A DNA stretch of 64,000 bases from Patescibacteria group bacterium (lineage in GTDB: Bacteria; Patescibacteriota; Patescibacteriia; Patescibacteriales; UBA12465): contig JAFGTW010000037.1 of assembly GCA_016938835.1 (NCBI GenBank), positions 9,918 to 73,917 on the forward strand, written 5' to 3'. Below are positions 63,763 to 64,000 of the stretch, one piece after another. The first letter of the stretch is position 1; every line of letters begins with the position of its first letter. The position numbers and the translations under genes were made by a program. Under the pieces are notes generated by a model. The model was not told the origin of the DNA, searched no databases, and worked only from the letters and a program-made list of their open reading frames with translations.

Positions 63763-64000
63763 TTAGAATCGTTTTTCAAGAGGTCGAGCCTCATTAACAG
63801 TTATACTGCGTCCATCCAATTCTTGGTTGTTCCACATAGTAATGGCAGCTTGAGCCATTTCCTCAGTTTCCATCTCTACAAAGCCGAAACCTTTAGATCG
63901 CTTAGTCATACGATCTTTGATGATAATAGCAGAAATAACAGTGCCAGCTTGAGCAAAAGCGTCTGCTAATACATCTTCAGTTGTTTGGAAAGATAAGGAA
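63763..64000 (-). CDS. RRM-type RNA-binding protein, C-terminal part (5' end lies beyond the window end)
   Basis: Minus-strand translation reads ...KDRMTKRSKGFGFVEMETEEMAQAAITMWNNQELDGRSITVNEARPLEKRF, ending at the stop at 63763-63765. KGFGFVEM is a canonical RNP-1 octamer. It is absent from the ORF track because its start codon is outside the window. Confidence 0.75.
   Translation of the reverse strand, partial: SLSFQTTEDVLADAFAQAGTVISAIIIKDRMTKRSKGFGFVEMETEEMAQAAITMWNNQELDGRSITVNEARPLEKRF

Noticed and set aside
63730-63969. 79-aa + strand ORF at the window end
   Set aside because: It overlaps the terminator hairpin and lies antisense to a much better supported minus-strand RRM-domain ORF with a canonical RNP-1 motif.
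1-64000. CRISPR arrays, rRNA genes, alternative genetic code
   Set aside because: No array of regularly spaced direct repeats and no rRNA-like sequence was seen in any intergenic region. TGA is used as a stop codon for several well-supported genes (GH3, dus, tsaB-like), so UGA recoding is not indicated.

Overview
AT-rich (roughly one-third G+C) bacterial chromosomal segment, almost entirely coding and mostly on the + strand. It uses the standard genetic code: TGA terminates the ORFs ending at 13991, 30303 and 30661, and TAA is the dominant stop. Gene content and style suggest a small-genome Candidate Phyla Radiation (Patescibacteria)-type organism; this is inference. Supporting observations are an ADP-forming acetyl-CoA synthetase, and minimal pyruvate kinase, Mur ligase and TsaB proteins that lack domains found in other bacteria; lower-glycolysis genes (pyruvate kinase, enolase, glyceraldehyde-3-phosphate dehydrogenase) are also present. 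Many genes are conserved hypotheticals. In window order the content is as follows. (1) A partial DEAD-box helicase. (2) Three small hydrolases: an alpha/beta hydrolase, a Nudix hydrolase and a YgjP/DUF45 hydrolase. (3) A MacAB-like efflux operon with an unusually long HlyD hairpin and two FtsX permeases, followed by a Spy/CpxP-like secreted protein. (4) Divergent Na/Ca exchanger and Kef-type antiporter genes, the latter translationally coupled to a GH3-family gene. (5) An ECF sigma / putative anti-sigma pair followed by tspO, a eukaryote-type pyrimidine 5'-nucleotidase (cN-III/UMPH-1 family) and a Nudix hydrolase. (6) An ADP-forming acetyl-CoA synthetase, a DUF1295 methyltransferase-like membrane protein, rarA, an orphan OmpR-type response regulator, hisS, a HAD hydrolase and rnhB. 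(7) tRNA-Leu(CAG) followed by three hypothetical genes and a candidate antisense-strand small RNA that has its own promoter and terminator. (8) cysS, dus, a half-size TsaB, and a truncated dcw cluster (mraZ preceded by promoter and direct-repeat operator, rsmH, ftsL-like, ftsI, a short murF) running directly into a rhamnose/cell-surface glycan cluster. That cluster holds rmlD, rmlA, GT2, a sigma-70 region-4 fusion protein, a conserved membrane protein, GT4, and giant DUF4012 and DUF11-repeat surface proteins. (9) A tgt gene that apparently lacks the structural zinc-binding cysteines, a pyruvate kinase lacking the C-terminal domain, enolase, a membrane metallophosphoesterase and rlmN. (10) An isolated minus-strand hypothetical gene, superoxide dismutase, a histidine phosphatase and a secreted tandem-repeat transglutaminase-like protein. 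(11) rpsB (with a long leader)-tsf, ricT/yaaT immediately upstream of gap, a membrane protein, the CCA-adding enzyme, a cyclophilin lipoprotein, and a partial minus-strand RRM RNA-binding protein gene. No CRISPR array, transposase, integrase or rRNA was seen. Several intrinsic terminators and sigma70-like promoters are visible by eye.
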